A DNA stretch of 30,232 nucleotides from a virus. Lineage: Duplodnaviria > Caudoviricetes. A program made the position numbers and the translations under genes. Every line of letters starts with the position of its first letter. Position 1 is the first letter of the stretch. The stretch covers positions 1-30,232 of IMG/VR virus record IMGVR_UViG_3300032328_000712; one strand, 5' to 3'. Below the pieces are notes generated by a model that was not told the DNA's origin, did no database searches, and saw nothing but the letters and a program-made list of their open reading frames with translations. Shown piece by piece: positions 1-7,659 of this stretch.

Positions 1-1424
1 AGTGCCTTGTTTACTTCTGGAAGAGGAACGTGGAATGCTCTAGCAACGTCTCTAACTACACCCTTATCCTTAAATGTAAGGAAAGTTGCAATAGAAGCAA
101 CGTGTTGATATTGCTCTGAAAGATATTCCTTTACCTTTCCACGATAACGATCTTCGTAGTCTGTATCAATATCAGGGAAATCATCACGCTCTGGATTAAT
201 AAATCGGAAGAATAGCAATCCATACTTAATTGGATCAACTTCTGTAATTCCTAATGCATAACAAACTAAAGAACCTGCAGCAGAGCCACGACCTGGACCA
301 ACAAGGATGTTGTTGTTCTTTGACCAGTTAATCATATCTGCAACTACAATAAAGTATGAAGAAAAGTTCTTAGACTTAATGATTTCAAGCTCTTCGTTTA
401 TACGAGCAATATAATCTGGATTATCTGCTAGTCCACGCTTTGCTAATCCAACCATAGTTATCTTTTCAAGTTGGTGGTCTGGGTCAATATAATCGGCAGG
501 TAGTAAGTCTAATCCCTTTTTAACTTCATAAGACTCAATCTTATCTGATATCTCTAAAGAGTTTTCATACAAATCATCACGATCAATACCTTGGTCAATC
601 ATCATTTGACGGATATCTTTGTATCCCATTAAGAATATCTCTAGGTCTTTAAATGACATAAAGCGATCACCATACAAGTAATCTAGGCGTTCAATAAGGT
701 CTTTGATTTTACGACTATCATCAAACTTTGCTTCTTTACGAATGTTAGGATGTGTACCAAGGATAAGCATAATTTCTTCTGCAATCCGATCCTCTGGGGA
801 TGCATAATGACAGTCAAGTGTAACTGTTGACTTAATTCCAAACTCATCTGCTAACTTAAGCATTTGTGCATTAAGTTCATAAGGATTATGTGGTTGTAGT
901 TCCATATAGAAATCATCTTTGAATACCTGCTTAAACCAGTCTGTGTGCTTTCTAGCAAGTTCCATATTGTCATTCTGGATTGCCTTAGCAATAATACCGT
1001 TCATACATCCTGAAACAATAACAAGGTCTGATGAATAATTTTCTAGTATCTCAAAGTCAATACGAGGCTTATTAAAGAAGCCTTCGTTCCAAGCAATCTC
1101 TGATAGTTTAGATAAGTTCTGAACACCGTTTTCATTCTTTGCTAATACAATAAGATGATTATAAACCTGCTCATCTTCGCCACGCTCTTTCTTAGAACGC
1201 TTATCTAATCTATCTGTAGTAAAGTATGCCTCAAGACCAAGAATTGGTTTTACCTTTGTGTCTTTTGCAGCAATAAGAAAGTCTCTGTGACCACTTAAAG
1301 TTCCGTGATCTGTAAGTGATAAAGCCGTCATACCCACCTCTTCTGCACGTTTCAGAAGTTCTTCTGGTGAGGAGAAGCCATCAAGCAAACTGTAGTAAGA
1401 ATGCGAATGATGATTATGATACAT
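1..1424 (-). CDS. dnaE: DNA polymerase III alpha subunit (PHP + polymerase domains), 3' end runs off the window; absent from the ORF track
   Basis: Manual translation from ATG at 1424 gives MYHNHHSHSYYSLLDG...LTDHGTLSG...KPILGLEAY (PHP domain), then GPGRGSAAGSLVCYALGITEVDPIKYGLLFFRFINPERDDFPDIDTD (DnaE palm motifs). RBS GGAGAA at 1427-1432. Confidence 0.96.
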   Translation of the reverse strand, partial: MYHNHHSHSYYSLLDGFSSPEELLKRAEEVGMTALSLTDHGTLSGHRDFLIAAKDTKVKPILGLEAYFTTDRLDKRSKKERGEDEQVYNHLIVLAKNENGVQNLSKLSEIAWNEGFFNKPRIDFEILENYSSDLVIVSGCMNGIIAKAIQNDNMELARKHTDWFKQVFKDDFYMELQPHNPYELNAQMLKLADEFGIKSTVTLDCHYASPEDRIAEEIMLILGTHPNIRKEAKFDDSRKIKDLIERLDYLYGDRFMSFKDLEIFLMGYKDIRQMMIDQGIDRDDLYENSLEISDKIESYEVKKGLDLLPADYIDPDHQLEKITMVGLAKRGLADNPDYIARINEELEIIKSKNFSSYFIVVADMINWSKNNNILVGPGRGSAAGSLVCYALGITEVDPIKYGLLFFRFINPERDDFPDIDTDYEDRYRGKVKEYLSEQYQHVASIATFLTFKDKGVVRDVARAFHVPLPEVNKA

Positions 1425-1443
1425 TTTTCTCCAATAAAAGTAG

Positions 1444-1478
1444 TGAGGGCGATAAGCAATTATAGCCTACCGCCCTCA
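1444..1478 (-). terminator. Stem-loop between ssb and dnaE, probable intrinsic terminator
   Basis: Minus-strand RNA UGAGGGCGGUAGGC-(UAUAAUU)-GCUUAUCGCCCUCA forms a 14-bp stem with two G-U pairs, followed by CUACUUUUAUU. Confidence 0.65.
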
Positions 1479-1488
1479 AGTCTGTCAA
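1459..1488 (-). promoter_or_regulatory. sigma70/SigA-type promoter for dnaE
   Basis: Perfect TTGACA (1483-1488), 18-nt spacer, perfect TATAAT (1459-1464). Confidence 0.8.
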
Positions 1489-1495
1489 GTGGGTT

Positions 1496-2152
1496 TTACC
1501 ACTCTACAGATGCACTAGCTGTTTCCTCAGTTTCAAGACCCATATAAAATGATTCTTGCTCTGCATACTTAACTTGACGAGTTGCTGTCTTTTCAAGTTC
1601 ATAGGTTTCGATACCTGTGAAATCAAAAGGCTTCTCATCTGTTGCAACAGGGAACAATGAATAGCTTGTAAGAGTACCTGTGCCATTACGCTTTAGTCTC
1701 CAGATGACATTGGAAATTCCTCCAGTGTCAGAAGCATACTCAATGATCGTTGTTGTTGTCGGTGATTTTGGACCAACACCTTGAGACCAAATAGCTGTGT
1801 ATTGTTCGCCATTACCTTCATCTACTAGCACGTTAGTGTAGTAGCGAAGACGAGCCTTCCAACCAGCCTTTGGATCACGCCTATGCATTTCGCAACCGTA
1901 GCACTTGCCCTCTTCTTCCATAGAGCAAAGAGCCTTACGGCGATAATCCTTTGGATTTGTATGTTCTGCGATAACAATCGCTAGACCCATTTCCTTGCTG
2001 TAACTCTTTGAGTCTGGGTCTACTTCGTTTAGAAAACGAATCTTAACTGACTGACCATCTTCTAACTTTAGCCAGCGAGCCTTTGGACCATCTGAACTAG
2101 ATGGACGTTCGATTAATTTTTGGATATTTGCTAATCCTGTGATGCTTGCCAT
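1496..2152 (-). CDS. Single-stranded DNA-binding protein, T4 gp32-like (probable)
   Basis: WLKLEDGQSVKIRFL start, H...C...CYGC putative Zn ligands, LKRNGTGTLTSY motif, acidic C-terminal tail ending in W. Lies between primase and polymerase. RBS AAGGAG at 2159-2164. Confidence 0.75.
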   Translation of the reverse strand: MASITGLANIQKLIERPSSSDGPKARWLKLEDGQSVKIRFLNEVDPDSKSYSKEMGLAIVIAEHTNPKDYRRKALCSMEEEGKCYGCEMHRRDPKAGWKARLRYYTNVLVDEGNGEQYTAIWSQGVGPKSPTTTTIIEYASDTGGISNVIWRLKRNGTGTLTSYSLFPVATDEKPFDFTGIETYELEKTATRQVKYAEQESFYMGLETEETASASVEW

Positions 2153-2203
2153 ATATTTCTCCTTAATATTTGACTCTATATGTGAGCCTGTTAAAACATT
2201 TTA

Positions 2204-3157
2204 TCAGATGTTTAGTGCTAAGTCAAGTGCTTTTATTTTAGAATATGCCTGATTAATTTCTTCATCTGTCATATCCCCAATGTCTTTTTTGCCTTCTGTT
2301 ATTTGCAATATTCTTATGTCTTTACCAGCTAGACCTTTAATAAGTTTAGATACCATCTCATTACCAGCCTCATCTCCATCAGGAGCAACGATAACCGTAT
2401 TAGCATACTTATTTAGTAGGGCTAATTGAACTGTCCCTACATTTGCTCCTAGCGTTGCTACGGCAGGTATATCTAATTGCCATAAACGAATAGCATCAAA
2501 AGATGATTCTACAACCACAATGTCCTGGAACTTGCAGTTATTAAGATTAAACAATACTTTACTTCTTGGTAAACCTGTAGAGTTTTTAAATGCTTTTCCT
2601 TCTACCGATCTTGCCACAAATCCTACACAAACTCCAGTATGGGAATATACAGGAACAGTGACCATATCTTGCTTATTTGAATAGCCAAGTTTAAAAAACT
2701 CGGAAGCCTTCTTTGTAATGCCACGACCAGTAAAATATGAGATAGCCTTATTATCTTGCATCAGGGAAGAATGCAAGCGTTCTATTGTTGCACTATCAAA
2801 AGAGGTAAACTCTTCTTTTGGAATAATTGACTTGTCAATCTTTTGAACAAAGTCTCCTGCCTTTGCAGCATTAGAAATAATTCTAACAGACTCAAAGTAG
2901 GTTCTATTGGTTGTACGCATTACAAAGTCTAAGATAGTTCCATTTTCTCCGCACGAAAAACAAATAAATAAACCTTTTTCTTTATCTACTTCACAGGCTG
3001 GAGTATTGCGATTATTATGGAAAGGGCAGAAAATTAAGAAGTGAGTATCTAACTCAGTTCCTATTGAGACTCCACACGATGTGATGATTTCTCTGATTTG
3101 TTCTGGGTCATAGGAGTCATTGGAACTAGCTTGCTTCCTGTTATTCCCAAATAGCAT
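2204..3157 (-). CDS. dnaG: DNA primase (CHC2 zinc finger + TOPRIM)
   Basis: CPFH...CFSC zinc finger; TOPRIM motifs VVVESSFDA, ATLGA and DGDEAG; KDIGD near the C-terminus. Confidence 0.92.
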   Translation of the reverse strand: MLFGNNRKQASSNDSYDPEQIREIITSCGVSIGTELDTHFLIFCPFHNNRNTPACEVDKEKGLFICFSCGENGTILDFVMRTTNRTYFESVRIISNAAKAGDFVQKIDKSIIPKEEFTSFDSATIERLHSSLMQDNKAISYFTGRGITKKASEFFKLGYSNKQDMVTVPVYSHTGVCVGFVARSVEGKAFKNSTGLPRSKVLFNLNNCKFQDIVVVESSFDAIRLWQLDIPAVATLGANVGTVQLALLNKYANTVIVAPDGDEAGNEMVSKLIKGLAGKDIRILQITEGKKDIGDMTDEEINQAYSKIKALDLALNI

Positions 3158-3396
3158 TTTGCCTTTGCCTTTCCTAAATAAATACCGTACATTGTTATTT
3201 TAAAATCAAACCAGTTACCATTATAATCTATAGTAAAAACTGTGTCAAGGTCTAAATGAGGAACGTATCCTTGACCCCTAAGATAATGATCCATAATAGA
3301 GTTATATTGTTCTCTCAAACGCATTACATCAGCCTCATCATAGATCTGACCATCTATGGTAAACTCTTTAATTTTCTTGTGTCCTGCGAACTCCAT
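3061..3396 (-). CDS. Hypothetical protein between helicase and primase
   Basis: 111-aa ORF in operon orientation, overlapping the primase 5' end. TATAAT lies 6 nt upstream of the ATG. Confidence 0.7.
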   Translation of the reverse strand: MEFAGHKKIKEFTIDGQIYDEADVMRLREQYNSIMDHYLRGQGYVPHLDLDTVFTIDYNGNWFDFKITMYGIYLGKAKAKCYLGITGSKLVPMTPMTQNKSEKSSHRVESQ

Positions 3397-3402
3397 ATAA
3401 CT

Positions 3403-3408
3403 ATTATA
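3403..3408 (-). promoter_or_regulatory. -10 box positioned for a leaderless transcript
   Basis: TATAAT-AGTTAT-ATG(3396); no Shine-Dalgarno and no consensus -35. Confidence 0.45.
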
Positions 3409-3410
3409 GG

Positions 3411-4643
3411 TTATAACAGGTCTGCAGGATCCATCATTTCCTCAAACTTACCACTATCAAAGTCTGCATCAATATAGAAGTCTCCTAAGAAACCGTGACG
3501 ATTCTTTCTAAATGCCACCTCTAGAACACCTGTATTTTGCTTACGACCAAATGCTAATACCCAGTCTGCATCGTAGGCTATCTGACGTGACCAAGCAACC
3601 TGTCCAAGTTGTGGAACGCTCTCTAAGTCACTTGCATCATCTGGAGTAGCAGAAGCAATAGCAATAATTGGAACTTGCTCAGAGATTGCTAATAGTTTTA
3701 ACTCTCTTGATAAGTTCTTAATCTTAACTGTTTCATTAGAACTAGTTCCTGCATTATCTTGCATAAGTTGTAGGTAGTCAATGAATACAATGTCAGGCTT
3801 ATACTGGTCAATCTTTGCTCTAACAACATTGGGAGTTACTTCACTACCACCGTCATTTGATACAATCTTAAATGGTGGCTTGTCAACTAAGTTGCCCTCA
3901 GCCCACTTCTTAAACTCATCATTGTTTACACGACCTGCACTAATTGCACGATGTGACCATTTACCATTACCAATGATTGTAAAGATACGGTTACGAACTT
4001 CTTGCTCTGTCATTTCTAGGGATAAGATCATTGGTACACGACCATTTTGCCAAGCCTTAACAGCTAAGAACAAAGCCATCCAAGACTTACCAATCGCAGG
4101 ATATGCAAGCAATACACCTAACTGACCTTTAGCAATACCCATAGGCAAGCACAAATCAAACGCAGCAATACCAGAGCGAATACCAACATCACCATTCATT
4201 GCTGATTGACGAGTCTTTTCAAAGTATTGTAATGCATCTTCAATGTCAGTTACATCAAGGTCTCTTACCCTTGCAGTAATTCTAGCTAGTGACGATATGT
4301 CTGTTGACATAGTGTTTAGTGCTTTGCCAGACTGATTGTCTTGAAGGAACTGTGCAGCCTTACGAACGGTTGTCCTTAGTGACTCATCTAGAAATGTTTC
4401 TTTTAATCTATTTACCGCATAGATAGTTGGTGCTGGATCTTGCACTGTATCAAAATCACGAAAGCGTGTTTGCAAAAGGTCTGATGGCGGTACTTGACGA
4501 GTTTCATTGTAATATTCTTTTACGAAGTCCCAAACATCACCACAGGACTGCATCATATAGTCCACATTGTTTTCAAAAAGAATATGGATATCTTTATTTT
4601 CGCATACAGCAGAAATTACTTCTACTTCTTCACGCATTCCCAT
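3411..4643 (-). CDS. dnaB: Replicative DnaB-like (SF4) helicase
   Basis: Walker A AYPAIGKS, SLEM motif, Walker B IVFIDYLQLM, SRELKLLA, IAYDADWVL, KNRHG arginine finger. Confidence 0.94.
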   Translation of the reverse strand: MGMREEVEVISAVCENKDIHILFENNVDYMMQSCGDVWDFVKEYYNETRQVPPSDLLQTRFRDFDTVQDPAPTIYAVNRLKETFLDESLRTTVRKAAQFLQDNQSGKALNTMSTDISSLARITARVRDLDVTDIEDALQYFEKTRQSAMNGDVGIRSGIAAFDLCLPMGIAKGQLGVLLAYPAIGKSWMALFLAVKAWQNGRVPMILSLEMTEQEVRNRIFTIIGNGKWSHRAISAGRVNNDEFKKWAEGNLVDKPPFKIVSNDGGSEVTPNVVRAKIDQYKPDIVFIDYLQLMQDNAGTSSNETVKIKNLSRELKLLAISEQVPIIAIASATPDDASDLESVPQLGQVAWSRQIAYDADWVLAFGRKQNTGVLEVAFRKNRHGFLGDFYIDADFDSGKFEEMMDPADLL

Positions 4644-4965
4644 TTAACCACTCTTCTCTCAACTTCATTGTTTGTGCTCTACGTTCAGCCCTTAGTATTC
4701 TATCCTGCTCATTTGAATCAACCGATTCTTTTAACTTCTCAAAGTTATTAAATAGCCACGAAAGTGGGTGTCCTTCTTTAGATAAGGTAAAGTAATAATC
4801 AATAATTAACTTAGCATTATCAAAGTCAAAGTCTTCTAGAATAGATGAGGCAGCCCACTTTTCTTTATACTTGTTTATATTTGGCTTCTTGCCATATCTA
4901 TCTTCAAACTTCTTTGCATAATATGTGAGTAATGCAAAAGCTAGGTTTGCCTCACTCTTTGTCAC
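4630..4965 (-). CDS. Hypothetical protein immediately upstream of the helicase
   Basis: 111-aa helical ORF overlapping both neighbours (ATGA-type overlap upstream, 14-nt overlap with dnaB). Confidence 0.7.
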   Translation of the reverse strand: MTKSEANLAFALLTYYAKKFEDRYGKKPNINKYKEKWAASSILEDFDFDNAKLIIDYYFTLSKEGHPLSWLFNNFEKLKESVDSNEQDRILRAERRAQTMKLREEWLNGNA

Positions 4966-5165
4966 TGCTTTAGATCCTTTTCTAACGCATTAACCTTTTC
5001 AATAAGTTTGCTTTCTACAAAGTTAAAGACTCTATTCATTGCAGCATCAGTATTAGCATCGGTGTCTCTTACCCAATCTTCTACACCAAGTTCAACGTGC
5101 ATACTTTCATAGTTACCCAAGTTTCTTACAAACTTAAGGTTTACCTTAACAACCGTATTACTCAT
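4962..5165 (-). CDS. Small hypothetical phage protein
   Basis: 67 aa with an NLGNYES motif and C-terminal helix; coupled to its neighbours; GGAG upstream. Confidence 0.75.
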   Translation of the reverse strand: MSNTVVKVNLKFVRNLGNYESMHVELGVEDWVRDTDANTDAAMNRVFNFVESKLIEKVNALEKDLKQ

Positions 5166-5406
5166 TATCTACTCCTGCACCAAAACCAATTACTGGTTTT
5201 CTTTCATCAATTACTTCTAAAGCCTGTGAAATACCATACCATTTATCAGCAAGGTCAATTAACGACTTAACATCTTTGCGTTTTCTAGCTATAATAAACG
5301 CTTCCTCTAAACATACCATAGAGTAAATGATAGCATCTTCTTGCAGGTTTGTAAATGCTTTTTCTTCTGGTGGCTTATTCTTAGAAGAATGTCTACCTTT
5401 TGCCAT
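5158..5406 (-). CDS. Hypothetical protein (start revised to ATG 5406, MAKGRH...)
   Basis: ATG at 5406 overlaps the upstream stop as TAATG and has GAGGA upstream. The ORF-track start at 5427 is less likely. Confidence 0.65.
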   Translation of the reverse strand: MAKGRHSSKNKPPEEKAFTNLQEDAIIYSMVCLEEAFIIARKRKDVKSLIDLADKWYGISQALEVIDERKPVIGFGAGVDNE

Positions 5407-5939
5407 TAAAAGTCCTCTGCTTTCCAAACAGGAATAAACTCCCCATTTTTATTTTTGATATATAGCATTTCTGACTTACCTAGAAGTGCATCTAATTCTT
5501 TCTTAGTTGGCACATCATATCTTGGTGTGATGTATCCATCTTTTCTAGGTCTTCCTGTATGCCAACTTGCATAGAAGTCTCTTAAGTTATATATATCTGT
5601 CTCACAGAAATAGTATACACCGTGAACGTATTGATCCATAAGGTATGGCTTTTTAACATCACCACGATTTATTGCTTTTCGTATTGAGTCTGGACTACGA
5701 CTTAATAACTTTCCAACAAGTCTGATCGAATAAGCAGGTGTTCTAAGTTTCTTATAATCAGTATACAGATAAGCCATCTGCCTATCTTGAACATAGTTAT
5801 AAGTTCTTACAATATTGTTTACACGATCAATGTGTATGATTTTGTGTAGTTCATCATTAAGAAAGCATAGCCTTCTTTGTGGTGACTTTAACTGTTGGAG
5901 GTCTTCTTCGACAGTTCGTTTTCTTTTTGATATAGCCAT
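5406..5939 (-). CDS. MerR/excisionase-like helix-turn-helix DNA-binding protein
   Basis: AYSIRLVGKLLSRSPDSIRKAINRGDVKKP...YYFCETDIYNLR fits a winged-HTH pattern. Confidence 0.6.
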   Translation of the reverse strand: MAISKRKRTVEEDLQQLKSPQRRLCFLNDELHKIIHIDRVNNIVRTYNYVQDRQMAYLYTDYKKLRTPAYSIRLVGKLLSRSPDSIRKAINRGDVKKPYLMDQYVHGVYYFCETDIYNLRDFYASWHTGRPRKDGYITPRYDVPTKKELDALLGKSEMLYIKNKNGEFIPVWKAEDF

Positions 5940-6076
5940 TTTACAAACGGTGAATGGTTAGTTGGATGATGGAATGACCATCTTTTTCCACAAGTCATAC
6001 AGAATAATTCTATATGAGTGTAACTGGAAAATACCCTATCTACCATCACCTTACCTTTGCATAGTTTGCATTTCAT
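5888..6076 (-). CDS. Small zinc-ribbon protein
   Basis: CKLC...CMTCG pair within 62 aa. Confidence 0.7.
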   Translation of the reverse strand: MKCKLCKGKVMVDRVFSSYTHIELFCMTCGKRWSFHHPTNHSPFVKWLYQKENELSKKTSNS

Positions 6077-6082
6077 TGTTAA

Positions 6083-6091
6083 ATGATAGCA
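6083..6091 (-). promoter_or_regulatory. Extended -10 positioned for a leaderless transcript
   Basis: TGC-TATCAT-TTAACA-ATG(6076); no Shine-Dalgarno. Confidence 0.45.
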
Positions 6092-6096
6092 TAGTA

Positions 6097-6906
6097 TTAA
6101 ACCTTAAAGTGCTTGCCATCTACTACACAAGAATAATCAGGAGAAACGTGAACAAGCTGAATATGTGGATATACACCATTTTCAATGTGTGCAATAGCAA
6201 ATGCCTTCTGCCAATTATGATTGTTTGTATACATCATACCTTTAGACTTTTCATCACACATATGACCAAGCTCATATCCTCTTAGGGTTTCACCTTTGCC
6301 ACCGTTTCTAAGTTCATAGGTATTAAAGTACACACCTGCACGATGTGAGTGTCCACGAATTAAAGATACACCAAAGTTATCTACATCTTTACGAACCGAT
6401 TCACCTGCATTTTGTGAGATAGCATTTCCGTGATGAACGTGAATGTCTCCAAAGCGGTGTGCAGGAGGCTCATTGTAATAAATATAATCATAACCAAGAC
6501 TATCTAAGTTCCACAATGTTTCTGGTGTAGTTACTTCAATATAGTCTGGAAGTTTTGCATCTACATAGTCAAATACACGGATATCGTGATTTCCAAGTGC
6601 TGAAAATAGCTGTGCTTTTCTTGCTACATTGCGTGTCTTTGTATAAAAATCTCTTGCTAGTTTTGCTTCATGCTTCATAAGAGGTACTATTGCATTACCC
6701 TCATTATCTTTATGCATCTTTAAAAACTCTGCTGAACGTCCTTCTGTGTACTTGCTATAGCAAGCCTGATCATCGGTATCACCCAAGTAGTCTACAACAT
6801 CTGGCTTAAACCATCTCATAACAGTAAACCATAATTCAATCATCTTATCATCTTGGTAAGGGAATTGCTGGTCAGAAGATAGCATCCACTTTAAATCGTT
6901 TTTCAT
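6097..6906 (-). CDS. Calcineurin-like metallophosphoesterase (start revised to ATG 6906, MKNDLKW...)
   Basis: Motifs SDQQ, LGD, GNHD, HHG and GHSH. AAGGA RBS precedes ATG 6906, whereas the track start at 6939 lies inside the promoter/hairpin. Confidence 0.88.
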   Translation of the reverse strand: MKNDLKWMLSSDQQFPYQDDKMIELWFTVMRWFKPDVVDYLGDTDDQACYSKYTEGRSAEFLKMHKDNEGNAIVPLMKHEAKLARDFYTKTRNVARKAQLFSALGNHDIRVFDYVDAKLPDYIEVTTPETLWNLDSLGYDYIYYNEPPAHRFGDIHVHHGNAISQNAGESVRKDVDNFGVSLIRGHSHRAGVYFNTYELRNGGKGETLRGYELGHMCDEKSKGMMYTNNHNWQKAFAIAHIENGVYPHIQLVHVSPDYSCVVDGKHFKV

Positions 6907-6927
6907 TTTAATCCTTTTGTTTATGCC

Positions 6928-6973
6928 AAAAAATGACATTACCCCAGTTTATCAAAGCAACTGGGGTGTGTCA
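6928..6973 (-). terminator. Intrinsic terminator ending the tail-gene operon
   Basis: ACCCCAGTT (6941-6949)/AACTGGGGT (6959-6967) inverted repeat, extended by TGACA/TGTCA, followed on the minus strand by TTTTTT. Confidence 0.75.
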
Positions 6974-6974
6974 A
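6946..6974 (-). promoter_or_regulatory. sigma70/SigA-type promoter for the phosphoesterase/replication operon
   Basis: TTGACA (6969-6974), 17-nt spacer, TAAACT (6946-6951) with a TGn extended -10. Confidence 0.75.
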
Positions 6975-6980
6975 TAGTCT

Positions 6981-7421
6981 TTATATATTTTTTCCTTTGC
7001 CAATGGCTAGGTATCTTATTGTAATTGGTGTTGACTTTTTATTGTCAATAGGAGCAAATCTTTTTACTCTAATGGTGCAACCTGATTCATTAATGTTTGT
7101 TACCCAAGCGGTTGCATAAACTTCTTCTGCATTACCTTTAAAGTTAATTGCTGGAATAACTAAAACATCTGGTGAAGCAAATGGTGCAGAAAAAGTAACA
7201 AGTGTCTTATCTACACTTTCTTTACCAGCAATATTAATTGTTACGTTTCCAGTTACCATTTGAACATAAGTTGGTGAAGAAGCGTGTGCAGCAATCATAT
7301 TAATTTTTGATGATCCAGTTACCGACTTTACTTCTTTTTCTGTTTGATTAATCTCAACAACTAAATCATTTAACCAGTTATATGTTAATGGATTTCCATC
7401 ACTTAGTGGGCTTACAGGCAT
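6981..7421 (-). CDS. Minor tail or fibre-associated protein with a beta-sandwich (H-type lectin-like) C-terminus
   Basis: VTFSAPFASPDVLVIPAI...VTNINESGCTIRV...IRYLAIG resembles phage fibre-tip domains; last gene of the tail operon. Confidence 0.55.
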   Translation of the reverse strand: MPVSPLSDGNPLTYNWLNDLVVEINQTEKEVKSVTGSSKINMIAAHASSPTYVQMVTGNVTINIAGKESVDKTLVTFSAPFASPDVLVIPAINFKGNAEEVYATAWVTNINESGCTIRVKRFAPIDNKKSTPITIRYLAIGKGKNI

Positions 7422-7603
7422 TACTTAGATTTTTCCTCTTTGGCTGGATTTTGAAGAGAAGCAATTTCTTCATCTTTTGATTCAATAGCCTGTTGTGCCT
7501 GTGCCTTAAGTACAGCCATTTGTGTTTCATATTGACTAGTAATCTGACCAATACGATTTTGCAATTCCTGAACAACTAGTTCTAGGGTCTTATCTTGTGA
7601 CAT
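7421..7603 (-). CDS. Small coiled-coil protein
   Basis: 60 aa rich in Q/E/L heptads; strong RBS AAGGAG; TAATG-coupled to the downstream gene. Confidence 0.8.
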   Translation of the reverse strand: MSQDKTLELVVQELQNRIGQITSQYETQMAVLKAQAQQAIESKDEEIASLQNPAKEEKSK

Positions 7604-7630
7604 ATTTTTCTCCTTATTGTGTCTTTGTAT

Positions 7631-7659
7631 ATTATAGCATTATGATTCTAATGCTGCAA
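7631..7659 (-). promoter_or_regulatory. Extended -10 promoter upstream of the 60-aa gene
   Basis: TTGCAG (7654-7659), 17-nt spacer, TATAAT (7631-7636) preceded by TGC. Confidence 0.55.

Noticed and set aside
1504-1686. 60-aa alternative-frame minus-strand ORF inside the SSB gene
   Set aside because: Fully nested in a well-supported gene, with no RBS or recognisable motif.
3256-6285. Plus-strand ORFs 3256-3477, 3781-4125, 4427-4795, 4494-4751 and 5962-6285
   Set aside because: They are antisense shadows of motif-bearing minus-strand genes with atypical composition and no translation signals.
6907-6939. ORF-track N-terminal extension MSFFGINKRIK of the phosphoesterase
   Set aside because: It overlaps the hairpin/T-tract and predicted TSS, while ATG 6906 has an AAGGA RBS. 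A leaderless start at 6939 cannot be fully excluded.
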